DNA of 64,000 nt from Octopus vulgaris (taxonomy: Eukaryota). How positions within the stretch are numbered: position 1 is the stretch's first letter; every line of letters begins with the position of its first letter. The stretch is from assembly GCA_951406725.2 (NCBI GenBank), contig OX597834.1:34720001-34784000 (forward strand). The letters run 5' to 3'. Position numbers and translations under genes: made by a program. Under the pieces are notes generated by a model. The model was not told the DNA's origin, ran no database searches, and was given only the letters and a program-made list of their open reading frames with translations. Below are positions 33,819-46,755 of this stretch, piece after piece.

Positions 33819-36300
33819 AGATTATTTCTCATCTGTAGTATATGAAACCAGATAGTGATGGCGGGGGGGGGGGGGGATACGAGGAGGCCATCATCACTAT
33901 CGACAAAGGAGGACTTTAACGCGGTCTTGAAATCGTCAGAAAAACTATTCTGAGGAAATGAAATAGCAGCCAATTGACCTTAAATTTGCTTCACGATGAT
34001 GATGATGGTACTGTATGCCACAAACCAACGCCACCACCCATCATCACTAACAACAAAGTTGTCACTTTACGTAGTTTTAAAATAAGCCTTATAAACCTAT
34101 TTTTCATGACATGAAATAGCAGCCAATTAACCTCAGATTCGCTTCGACGGTGATACTGTGAACTACCACCAACACCACCTCCTTCTTCTTCTCCTCCTCT
34201 ATTAACAAAGAGGCCCCTTCACGCGGTCCTAAATTAGTTTTGAAACTATTTTGATCATATGAAATTGCTTTAATTCGCCTCACCGTCTTAAAAAAATACA
34301 TAGAACAACCTAACTATACAAAGAGACACCATGACCATGGTTGGATTGCATTTGATGGTAGGGCTGTTGACTCAGGGCTGACCTGGGGTTGCACAACAGC
34401 AGACGACATTGAACCAATGAAGCAGCTTCTTCGGATTCGCTCAATCTGCTAGAAATAGCAGCGAAATTTCCCTCAAATCGCATTCTAACGTCTTTAGAAA
34501 AAGATAGTGAATAAAATGTAATCCTGGCGAATACACTATATCCTTCATCTTTTACTCGTTTTACTTATTGGACTGCGGCCATGCTGCAGCATCATCTTGA
34601 AGGGTATTAGTTGAACAAATCGACTCCAGTACTTATGTAAATTCTGGCAATGATTCTGTCGGTTTTATGCTGCTAACCTACCTACGAGGACGTGAACAAA
34701 CCAGCAACGGTCGTCAAGCGGTGTGTGTGTGTGAAACAAACACAAACGCACACACATTATTTGTATCGTTTACCAAATTCTATCATAAGGCGTTGGCCAA
34801 CCCAGGACTATAGTAGTAGACATTTAGCCAAATTGCCGCGCGGTGGGGCTGAACCCGAAACCATGTGGTTGGGAAGCAAGCTTCTTAACCACATAGCCAT
34901 GTCTGTGCATATATCTAAAAGAAAATGTGATACACTGGTCGCGAATGGAACTTTTGATCATAGGTTGGCCGGATCAGGATGAGACCAAAGCGTCTGAACA
35001 ACAACAACGGTAATGAAAACCAAGGAAGTCTCTTCGTAGTCATTCGACTGCCTGCTAGAAGTAGCAGTCAAATCTCTCTCAAATCGTAGTCTTTTGTCTT
35101 AGAAAAGAAGGATAGGTCGGATAATAAGTTACTGAGTTAATCATGTCGAAGAAAAATAAAGAACCACTATGCTGTCTCATCATATGTTAAATTAGCAGTC
35201 AAATTTCACTCAGTTCACACAATACTGTGTGTTGTTTTTTAATGATACGTTAGATAGTTTTAGAAATTACGAAGTATGAATTTATTGTTACGGCATACTT
35301 GCATAGATAAATATTCTGCTTTAAAATATAAATCCAAAACAGAAGAATATATAATCATGAGCGAATAAAGAAAAATAGGACATTAATTCGACACTAAGTG
35401 CGTCAATCGACCGCACACTTAGGGATCCATATAAGATTTTATTAAAATTTATGTGCAATAATTTGTTTATACTTCTGCAATGCACAAAATACATTAATTT
35501 TTTTTATACAGTTTCCAATAATATTTAATTATTAAAAAATACAGTAATTGTTTTGTAAAGAATAAAATGTTTTGAATGACACAACAATGCACTATAATAC
35601 AAACGATGAAATATAATAACTTTTATAATTTAATCATCCTTAGTCTGTTGTGATATTTCGGAATAAAAATTCCTTCTTCAGATATCCCTAGAAATTGATG
35701 GAGTAATTTTTTTTTTTTAATGTATCGAATGACTATGAATAAATAGGAGTCAAAGGGGTTCATAAGCAGCAAAAAAGGGTTGAGAATCACTGACCTAGCA
35801 TAGAGCTGCTTCCCTCTCAAATGTTGTTCCTCTCACCCGCCGGGGATCTGAAGCTTGCAAGCCATGCAACAATCTCACTTTGTATAGTGCTGGTGCTATT
35901 TAAAAAGCACTCAATACAATCTGTAAAGTGGTTTACATTAGAACAGGAATCCAGCTTCAAAAACCATGTCAAAGCAGACACTGGAACACAATGTTGTCCT
36001 CTGACCAGTCAGATCCTGTCAACCCATACCAACATGGGTTGGATGCTTGAATGATTCGATGGATGGCATGGCTGTGTGGTAGGAGGCTTGCTTCCCAGCC
36101 ACGTGGTTCCAGGTTCAGTACTGCTGTGTGGCACCATGGGTAGGTGCCTTCTGCTGCAGCCTCAGGCTGGCCAAAACCTTGTGAGTGGATTTGATGGACG
36201 GATGCTGAAAGAAGCTTGTCATATATATGTATCTATATCATCATCATTTAACGTCCGTTTTCTGTGCTAGCACGGGTTGGACTTTATATATATGTATGTG

Positions 36301-36332
<32 letters not shown>

Positions 36333-36960
36333 AACTTAAGGCTATGTGAGGTTAGATTAGGTACCATGTGGGTGCAAAGGAAACATCTTAATAAAACAGC
36401 CATGCCTGTACTCTAGGTCTGAACACAGAGACAAAATAAACATCACCTGTAAAGACACTTGTTTAAGGTTCTAGTCAGTGGGACTGAACCTGAAACTATG
36501 TGGGTGCAAGACAAAACCTCTTAACCACACAACTGTGGTTAAGAGGAATTGTCATAACCACAGCTTTGTCTGCACAAACACAGAATAATAATATTTAATT
36601 GTAGGTAGGGACACTATATTTCGTTATCTAACTATAATATTCCACCAGGTATATCAAAGGCTTATAAGTGATGTGTTCATGGATGTGGATGATTAAAGGG
36701 TTGGATGTGATACTGAAGAAAGAGCAATTACTCCTGAAATATGTATATACATGCATTACCTATGTCTTTCTTTGGTCGCATTGTTTACACAGATGTATTT
36801 GTATGCAAAATATCGTAACTTTCAGTGTTGGCTCTAACTTTTACAGAAAACCTGTAGAGATAACTTCAACAAGGGAATAATAAATGTTCTCTCTGTCATA
36901 ACAGAGTGACTGACAGAATTATGGCATCAATTGTTGAGTAGTGATTGAGATATTGCTTAC

Positions 36961-37077
36961 CTGGAATTGTTTTTGAAAATTGTGACAATTTCAGCAATAT
37001 TCTCACGGATATCTTTTGGAAGCAAACTCAGATTACCAAACACTCGGATACACACTTCATTCTTCAATAATTCCTCT
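36961..37077 (-). CDS. DHDDS: DHDDS coding exon 3
   Basis: EELLKNEVCIRVFGNLSLLPKDIRENIAEIVTIFKNNS (human GVCIRVLGDLHLLPLD). Confidence 0.95.
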
Positions 37078-37235
37078 CTGAAATTAAATTAATAAACATT
37101 ATTTACATTTGACAGATATTTGTCCTCATCTTATTTGTTTTTAACACAATGTTTTGGCTGATATACCCTCTAGCCTTCATCAGGTGTCTTGGGGAAATTT
37201 CGAACCTGGGTTCTCATTCCTAAGGTATTTTTCAA

Positions 37236-37272
<37 letters not shown>

Positions 37273-37656
37273 CAGGTCACTGCCTGGAACCGAACTTGGA
37301 GACTTGGGTTACACTTCCACAATAGACAAAATATTTTAATAATTATAATTATACAATTTGTAATGATATTTAATCTTAAAATTATAATAGGATTTTTTAA
37401 GCATCAAATAGTTAGGAAGGTCCAACCAAGTAAAATAGGAACCAAAAGGGTCCATAGACTAAAAATGGTTGAGAAACACTGGATTAAGGTTTGGGTTGGG
37501 GGCATGAAGACCTTGGACACAAGGGTGAAGAGAGGAGGAGAGAAGAATGGGAAAAGGAACGCCTGAGTGAAGGTGGTATGAGTTCAACCAACTCTGAGGA
37601 GCAGAGGCCATTACAAAAACTCAAATTTTAGGTAACAATATAATTACATGACTTAC

Positions 37657-37799
37657 TTCTCTTGCAGAAGACGTTTGAATCTTTCTCGTGCTAAACCCAG
37701 CAAACAATCCACCTCCTCCTTCGACCGTTTGAAGTTGTCAATGCTGAAGGCATAAACGGTAACTTCAGTGATTCCAAGATTGTGGCACCAGTTCAGCAC
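37657..37799 (-). CDS. DHDDS: DHDDS coding exon 2
   Basis: [48 protein letters not shown]. Confidence 0.97.
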
Positions 37800-38557
37800 C
37801 TGCAGAAATAAAGAATGCCAGACATTTAATGTTTTGGTTGCTTGTAAATAGGAAACGTAGCCTCCATCACCAACCCCATTGGTAGTATTGGGTTGCCAGA
37901 TAAATGTTTTCATTTCTTTGCAGTGTCATTTGAAATAATATAAAAAAACATTTTTATTGTAGTGTTTTATGGGTTTTGTAGCTCTCTTCTTCATCTATAA
38001 CTTTTGTTAATTGTTTTTGAAATTTGGATAAGATTTACTTATTTGCAGATATGCCACAATGGAATGCCAAATAGGGAGAAAAAAAAAAAAAATCAGCATT
38101 TTCGGCACCTGCTTCTTTTTGCTTTCAATCAAGGATCCAAGGTTGCCAAAGCCCTTTCACCTGGTGTGCTAACGATTCTGCCAGCTTGCCACCTTAATAA
38201 TAACGATGATGATGATAATAATAATAATTATTTTAAATTTTTGCCACAAGGGAAGCTTGTGGGAGGTAGGGATAAGTCAATTACATCAACCCCAATGTTC
38301 AACTGGTACTTATTTTATCACCCCCTGAAAGGATGAAAGGCAAAGTTGACCTTGGTGGAATTCGGACTCAGAACGTCGCGAGGGGTGAAATACTGCTAAG
38401 CATTTTGTTCAACATGCTAACAATTCTGGCATCTTAATAAAAATAATGATAATAATAAAGAAGAAGAAGAGTAATTGTAGTGGTGGTGGTGGTAGTAGTA
38501 GTAGTCATAGTAGCAGCAGCAGTAGTAAGCAAGACATTAATATCTTTGTAATGTTAC

Positions 38558-38746
38558 CTCAGTAAGTGCAATAAATCCTTTGATATGTCCCTGAGATTGG
38601 TCTATTGAATTCTTGCTGGCAAAACGCCGGTTACCATCCATGATGAAGGCCACATGTTTCGGCATGGGACCAGTCTTTATTATTTGTGCACAGATACCTT
38701 GCAGCCATGACAACTCTTTCTTTTTAGGGATCCAAGACAATTCCAT
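38558..38746 (-). CDS. DHDDS: DHDDS coding exon 1 (acceptor precedes 38762)
   Basis: MELSWIPKKKELSWLQGICAQIIKTGPMPKHVAFIMDGNRRFA... contains the cis-prenyltransferase IMDGNRR motif. Joined CDS is 1011 nt, in frame. Confidence 0.97.
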
Positions 38747-38845
38747 CTTGTTTAATTTGGTTCTGGAGGAGAAAGGAGAGAAAAAAAAAAGCAAAAAAAT
38801 CACATTTTAGTCAATATCTGGATTTTACATCTGATAGACTGTAAT

Positions 38846-39625
38846 AAGACAAATACCTCACAATATAGTACAATAGTTTGACAAAGGCCTCACAACACAT
38901 CACAGCAGCTTGTCAGATACCTCACAACACATTCCCACAGTTAGATAAAAGACTTCATGATATTTTGCAGTGGAGGCATGTGGCCTAGCAGTTAGGGTGT
39001 TGGATTCATAATCATAAAATCGTGGTTTCAATTCCTGGACTGGGCGATGCATTTTGTTCTTGAGCAAAACACTTCATTTCATGTTGCTCCAGTCCACTCA
39101 GCTGGCAAAAATGAGTAATGTGGCAATGGACTGGCATCCTGTCCTCGGGATAAATGTATATATGCCACAGAAATTGGCGACCTTATAATACTTTGTGGTA
39201 GTTAGTAAAATAAAACCTCAAAATATATCACTGCGTTTAGGTACCACACAATATATGGTCACAGTTAGACAAGGACATGACAAGAACCTCACAGCACATC
39301 ACTGCAGTTACACATATACCTCACAACACATTGCTGTACTTAGATAAGGACCTTGCAACACATCACTGCAGTTAGACAGATACCCTATAAGACATTGTCA
39401 TAATTGGATAAAGGACTTCACAATACTTTTACAGCAGTTAGACAAATAGATCACAACGCATCACAGCAGCTAGATAAAAACATCACAACAAATTTCAGTA
39501 GTTAGACTAGGATCATACAACACTTCACTGAAATTAAGCAAGGACTTCACAGTATTTCACTGTAGTTACAGAAGGATCTCACAGCAATATCCCTGCAGCA
39601 AGACAAGCATTTTGCAAAACATCAT
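38846..39625 (+). repeat. Degenerate ~31-32-bp minisatellite, resuming at ~40440-40640
   Basis: Consensus near CAGTTAGACAAGGACCTCACAACACATCACTG; interrupted by a SINE at 38971-39180. Confidence 0.75.
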
Positions 39626-40000
39626 CACCTGAATGACATGATTAGGTGCAGCTGTGTGGGTGTTGACCATCTGGTATGGTCAACTGGACATGCAGCCTGT
39701 TTTGGTATTGGAGGAAAACACACACATACATACAAGTAGAAAGAATGGGAGAGAGAGATGACAATTTATTAATTGAGCATGATTCACATATAAACACTTT
39801 CCCTCTTTTCACACAGAGAGAAATAGACAGAAAGATAGATAGGTCACCAAAATGAGATGGTTAGGGGCTGCTGTTTGGGTGCTGATAATCTAGCATAACT
39901 AACTAGACATGCAGCCTGTTTTGGCACCAGTATATTCTGGTACTAGAAGCAACCACACACATAGAGAGAAATATACACAAAGAATGAGAAATATACACAT

Positions 40001-40033
<33 letters not shown>

Positions 40034-42914
40034 TTACAATTTATTAAACATGATTTACATAAACACTTTCCCTGTCCTCATATCATCATCATCATCATCG
40101 TTTAACGTCCGCTTTCCATGCTAGCATGGGTTGGACGGTTCAACTGGGGTCTGGGAAGCCCGAAGGCTGCACCAGGCCAGGCTGATCTGGCAGTGTTTCT
40201 ACAGCTGGATGCCCTTCCTAACGTCAACCACTCTGTGAGTGTAGTGGGTGCTTTTTATGTGCCACCGACACAGGTGCCAGATGAGGCTGGCGATGTTCAC
40301 ACACATAAATAGATAAACAGATAGATAGACGGGTGGAGGAGGAAGGACAGTATAAGAGAAGCATTAAAATATCTGATATGAAATTGTTGGCATCAAATCA
40401 GCAATACGAAATAGGCAGAGCCCAAATGGCTGTGTAAAACATCTCATACCCAAACATCACAACAGTTAGACAAGCATCATACAACATGTTACTACAGATT
40501 AGGTAAATACCTTACAACAATCTTCACAAAATTTAGACAAACAGCTCACAATGCAAGTTGTTAGACATGTCATAAGAAATTACAGTACCGAGTACATCAT
40601 AACAATTATGATTGTAAGGAGAGGTAATATCCTCGCAACATATCCTAAAACCAAGGTGTCACATGAAAAAGAAATGGTGTGGGTGCTGGTGCCATGTAAA
40701 AAGCATCCAGTACACTTTGTAAAGTGGTTGCCATTAGGAAGGGCATCCAGCTGTAGAAACCAAACCAAAACAGACTATAGAACCAGGTGTGACGCCTGGC
40801 CTTGCTGGTTCTTGTCAAGCCATCCGACCCATGCCATCACAGAAAATAGATGTTAAACGACGATGATTTACAAGGAGTCATTGATTGAATATGGTTGTTG
40901 TTTAAATACAAGTTAGACCTAATTGAGCAGAGCTATGTTCCATTCCTTCCTTATATCTGGAAAGGAATACATTATCTTCCGTTTCTATGAAAATATGGCA
41001 TGATTATTTTTTAGGCATTTACTCGTTTTGGTCATTGGACAGCAGCCATGCTGGGGCACCACCTTGAAGAGTTTTAGTCAGACAAATTAGCCTCAGTACT
41101 TTTTCTTTATGTTTGGTATCTGTTCTATCGGTCCTTTTTGCAGAACCGTTAGATTATAGGGGACGTAAACAAACCAACAGCGGCTGTCAAGTGGTAAGGG
41201 GACAAGCACAAAGACAAAGGCACACATATCTACAGATAACAAGCTTCCACACAGTTTCCATTCAACTAAATTCACTCATAAGACATTGATCAGCGGTGGG
41301 GGGGGGTTACAGTAAAAGGCACTTGCCCTTGGGTGTCGCGCAGAGGGACTGAACCTGGAACTACGAGGTTGCAAAGCGAGATTCTTAATCACACAGTCGT
41401 GCCTACGCTTAGAAAGACATTAAAATATTGATGCTTTAATTTTTGTGGGGTTTTTATCTTTTTCAAATGAAAAACAAAACAAAACAAAATTACAATTTAT
41501 TTAGTTAAAATTTTTCCAATGAAAATTCGTGAAGAGAAAAATAAAAAAAGTCGACTCATTATAATAATTATCTCCCTTGCTCTGCATAACCAGCTGATGA
41601 CCTTTTCACAGGTTATTCACCTCACCTTTTACAGTGCACACTGACAATACGGTTGTGTGGTAAGAAGCTTGCTTCCCAACCACATGCTTCCGAGTTCGAT
41701 CCCACTGCATAGCACCATGGGCAAGTGTCTTCTACTACAGTCCAGGGCTGACCAAAGGCTTGTGAGTGGATTTGGTTGACGGAAACTGAAAGAAGCCCGT
41801 CGCATGTATATATATATGTATTTATTTATGTGTGTTTGTCTTCCTCCCAATGCTGAACAACCGGTGTTTATGTCCCCGTAACTTAGCGGTCCGGTGCAAA
41901 GAACAATAGAACAATGGAAAAAAAAGAACAAAGAACAATGGAAAAATTTAAGAGCTGGAGTCGACTCGTTCAAACAAAAAAACCCCTCAAGGTGGTGCTC
42001 AAGCATGGCCTCAACCCACTGACTGAAACAAGTACAAGATAAAAGATATCTTTACATTTTGACACCTGATCATCGCCATGTGTTTTATCCTTGGATATTC
42101 ACAGTCCTAAACTAGATTTGAAATCAGAATTTTTCTTTCAAAATTAAAATTATCCATAAACGAAGTAGTTCTAACCATGTCGTCCATCCCACCTTTCAAA
42201 AAGAACTAGAACTAAATTATCTAATGTGTCCTTCCTTTCTCAGACGATAGAGTGTGTCTATAAAGTAGACTTTGCGTGTTGAGCGATATCTATCGTGGTT
42301 CAATGGCCTATGAACACTGATGTAGTGGATAAGGGCACTATTGCACTAAGTTCGGAAATAATGGTTCTACCAAGCCGAGACTATGCACGTTCTAGTCGAA
42401 ATGTAGTGTTGATATAAATTTTGCAAACATGCACTTTAACGATAATCATCAGAGATCAAACTGATGACGGAAATGTAAATAATGCGTGAATGTGTGTGTG
42501 TGTGTATACATTTATACCCGTCCGTTTTTCGATGCTAACATGGCTTTGATGACTACATATAATCGAAACATATACCGTAAGATCGCCCTTAAGAAATTAC
42601 TAGTTTGCGCACGGGTGTGTATAGTGTATGTGTGTGTAATTTCAATCGGCAGAAAAAACCTGGCAGAACAGCACATCAGACAAATTGCTAAGCGGCATTT
42701 CGTCCGACTTTATACATTGTGAGCCCAAATTCCGCCGGGGTTTGACTTTACCTTTCATCCTTTTGGGATCGGCAAAATAAGTAGCTGCCAACAAGAACTG
42801 GGGTCGACGTCATTGACTTCCCCCTCCACTCAAAACTACTAGCCCTCTGCCAAAATTTGAAACCGCTTTTTAATCCGGTAGAAGTTACAAAGTGACTCAA
42901 GGGTCAAAAGCCGC

Positions 42915-43096
42915 TATACACACATACATGCATACATAAATGCATGCATACGTACATACATATACATACATACATATACATGCATATATATACATACATA
43001 CATACCTGCATACATACATACACATGCATACATACATACATACATACATACATGCATACATACATACATGCATATATTCATACATACATACATTAC

Positions 43097-43128
<32 letters not shown>
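42915..43128. repeat. (CATA)n/(TA)n microsatellite
   Basis: Direct reading. Confidence 0.95.
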
Positions 43129-44820
43129 CGATCGTTTGTAGAAAAACATAAATCCGGATAAGAAGCACACTCTAAGATGCAGACCATATTTTGAAGTGGT
43201 CTTAGGCCAACAGGTTCGGGGTCTGACGATACGCCGTAAGACCAAACGTTTTATGGACGGGAAACCTAAGGTAACCTCAAAAACCGGCCTCCCCTCCATT
43301 ATAACACACACACACACACACACATGTATCGAATTCTGGTTGTTTGCCAACACACATTTAGCTGAGATTCTTTAAACGAATCCAAGCACACACTTTGTTG
43401 TGAGCATCTACTAATAATAAACATGTTTTTAGTAATGATGTACTCAGAGACAAACACCTAAGCACTAAAGAGACATGTTCACACTGAACATAAATGCAGA
43501 TGCATACATCTACATATATACACAACCCCAACTCTACCACTTATTTACAAACCCAGGGAACTTTCTTAACTTTAAAATTTAGTCGCATTAACTCCATAAA
43601 GAACTTAATTTTTAACAAATTACAAACATACACGCAACATGGTATGTACATTTACATAGTATATTGCACACACACACACACACATTAAAATCCTCAATAG
43701 AAAAAAACCCCATAAAATCACTAAGATAGAGAAAACGATTGCATCCCATCAAGGGTCCAAGTACAGGTTAAACCTTACACGTTGACATATTTTAAGGAAA
43801 CATTGCCTCCCCAACTTTCTAATAGTAGATCTGTTGTTCAAAGTATCCGGATTAAAAGATATTTTATTAACGATATTGTAGCTGTAGTTTATTCTACATA
43901 CCCCCATCAACCTTGATCAAAAGTATTCCAACCGTGACCTAACCATTGTTTTAAGGGTTATAAATTCTACAAAATGTTCTGCTCGCCTTCGTACGAGGCG
44001 ACAGGCTGTGATCTGAGTGATTTGACTGCTATTTCTAACAGGCTGAACGACCACATAAAGGCTACATCGTTTACGCGTTTAATTTATTTTTCATTTTTGA
44101 TAAAAAATATATATTTAGATTAAAGTGTATTACAAACTAAGGTGTGTGTGTGTGTATGTATACACGCTGGAGTATATAAACTAAGGTGTATAGAGACGAT
44201 GATGTAGCCGAAAGACACATAAGCAAAATGGATCGAAGATCGAACGAGAGGATTTCTATTGTTATGGTTGTTAAGCTGGAAATCAGCCCCGATGAGCCAA
44301 GTTTATAATCAAAGACATTCCAGTCGTGTCATCCCGTTTTATTACTATTATTATTGTTATTATTATTATTATTCAAATATTGCATCGAAGACTACATTAT
44401 CCGATGCTTTCGTTCCATATTTTCCAAAGACGGAAGAAGCATGTGATTCGATGTAGATTTTGCCGTTGTGCTGTTATTTCTAGCACGTCTAGCGACCACT
44501 TGGCTCGGCTGGAAACTTTGTCGTCCTCTATTTATATAATACACGTCGCTCTGTGTTAATAATAATAATACAAACACGAAAGAGGATCATACAAATGGCA
44601 CTGATAAAACGAGCGCGAGTATGACACGTCGCATTAATATATCGCCAACCTTCTTCACATTAAACAGAATCCACGTTGGAAAGGATCGACGGTGGTGAAC
44701 ACCCTCGAAAATGGGATTTCGAGCCACGATAATGTCCCGATGTAATTAAAGAAACAAGAATAGATGCGAGAGTAAACGATAGATAGACAGATAGATAGAT
44801 AGTAAATGAGCGCTACTTAC

Positions 44821-44930
44821 TTTGTTTTTAAATGCTACTACAAACAAACGAATTTAAGAAAGTGATATCGATTTAGTGATATCACATTTGTTGGTTAGAT
44901 TTGGTGAGGAATTCCAAGAAAGACTTGGGG
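44821..44930 (-). other. Candidate non-coding 5' exon of DHDDS (upper boundary approximate)
   Basis: - strand donor AAA|GTAAGT at 44820 inside a CpG-retaining zone (~42200-46000); GA/GATA microsatellite immediately upstream. DHDDS coding exon 1 has a splice acceptor, so an upstream exon is required. Confidence 0.4.
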
Positions 44931-44955
44931 AGTGAATGGAAGAGAAAGACTGAAA

Positions 44956-45006
<51 letters not shown>

Positions 45007-45056
45007 GATAGATAGATAGAAAGACAGGCAGATAGAAATAGAGCGACAGATTAAAT

Positions 45057-45104
<48 letters not shown>

Positions 45105-46134
45105 AAGACAGGCAGATAGATAAAGAGAGTAAGGGCAAGAAAGAAAGATATATAGAACACAGGATCAACCGGTGGAAGAGACAGACCGAATAGAGAGTGA
45201 AAGAGACAGAGGGGAAAGAGAGAGAGAAAGATGCTAGATAAATAGAGAACTTAGATAGATAGAGAGACAGAAGAGTTGAGTTGAGACTCTATGGAAGATA
45301 AAGTAATATATCTATATATAAATGACACACACGTCAGTTTTAAATTGTCGGTAGGTGACACAAATTATCGCTTAGTATAACATAACTATACTGGCAGAGA
45401 ACACACACGCAAAGTCAGAAAGACTGTCAGGCAGAGAGATTGGTGTATGAACAGCGTTAAAACCATTTCAATTGGGTGACTTCGGGAGACCTTAAAGATT
45501 CAGTAGTTAAAGATAACAAAAAGCGGGTTGGGTAGTCGTAATTTTATCGCGAATTTCCCCATTCTTGTTCTTTGCTTAGTCCCCAAGTTGGCCCTGAATG
45601 ATTAGACCTAAGATCAAAGACATTCCATCCATGACCATCCTGTCTTCTAGACGTAGAGTACCCAAGTGCAACATTATCAAATGTGTGCTTCCTATTATTG
45701 AGGACGATAGAGTATGATTTGAAATAGGTTTGGCTGCCGTTTCTAGCAAGACTGGAGAGGAGCGACTATGGAAAGGCTCAATTGTCGGTTCGTAACATTC
45801 GATTTTGTAACAGGAGCCGCAGTAAGGCTGTTGAAAGATTGAGAGAGGTTGCAGTTTCGCTTCTTGGTTCTAACTACCTACACAAGATCTATAATTTATG
45901 TACGGGCTTGGGTTACACACGAAATAGAATGGAACAGTGATGAGTTTTAAGACTCAACGCAATGAATAAAGGTTCTACATTAAAACAGCCTAAGTAAGTG
46001 TGTGTGTGTGCTGACGAAAGCCTTGTGAGTGGATTTGGTAGATGAAAACTGAAAGAAGCCCGTTGTGTGTGTGTGTATATGTATCGTCTGCCAAAAACAA
46101 ATCCCAAAGAAGCACACTCTAAGATGTAGAGTAG

Positions 46135-46375
46135 TATATATTAAAAATGGAGAAGGCTGGTTTACGGGATTGCCTTAGGTTTCCCGTCCTTAAAGGGTTT
46201 AGCTTTATGGCGTATCGTCAGATCTCAAAACCTGTTGGCCCAACACTTCCTCCATATCTTTAAGAGGTCTTGGGCCTACAGGTTTTGGGATCTGACAATA
46301 CATCATAAAGCAAAACCCTTTACAGACGGGAAACCTAAGGTAATCCCGTAAACCGGCTTCCCCATTTTTAATATA
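46135..46375. mobile_element. Foldback/MITE-like element with ~110-bp inverted arms
   Basis: Left arm TATATTAAAAATGGAGAAGGCTGGTTTACGGGATT... mirrors right arm ...AATCCCGTAAACCGGCTTCCCCATTTTTAATATA; a single-arm relative lies at ~43190-43300. Confidence 0.85.
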
Positions 46376-46384
46376 TTTATACTC

Positions 46385-46755
46385 TTTACTCTTTTACTTG
46401 TTTTCAGCCATGCTGGAGCACCACCTTTTTTAGTCGAGCAAATCGACCCCATGACTTATTCTTTGTAAGCCTAGTAATTATTCTATCGGTCTCTTTTGCT
46501 GAACCGCTAAGTTAAGGGGACGTAAACACAACAGCATCGGTTGTCAAGCAATGTTGGGGGGACAAACACAGACACACAAACACACATATATATATACGAC
46601 GGGCTTCTTTCAGTTTCCGTCTACCAAATCCACTCACAAGGCTTTGGTCGGCCCAAGGCTATAGTAGAAGACACTTACCCAAGGTGCCACGCAGTGGGAA
46701 TGAACCCGGAACCATGTGGTTGGTAAGCAAGCTACTTACTACACAGCCACTCCTA
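46385..46755 (-). mobile_element. tRNA-derived SINE family A
   Basis: Reverse complement of the 22500-22880 type; followed by an inverted tail copy at ~46780-47000. Confidence 0.9.

Noticed and set aside
42280-42480. CTGATG and GACTA/TAGTC-GAAA fragments resembling a hammerhead
   Set aside because: The core elements are not in the required order or spacing.
42897-43187. ORFs rich in YI/CV/MYV repeats (also 5013-5396 and 51626-51952)
   Set aside because: Translations of microsatellites.
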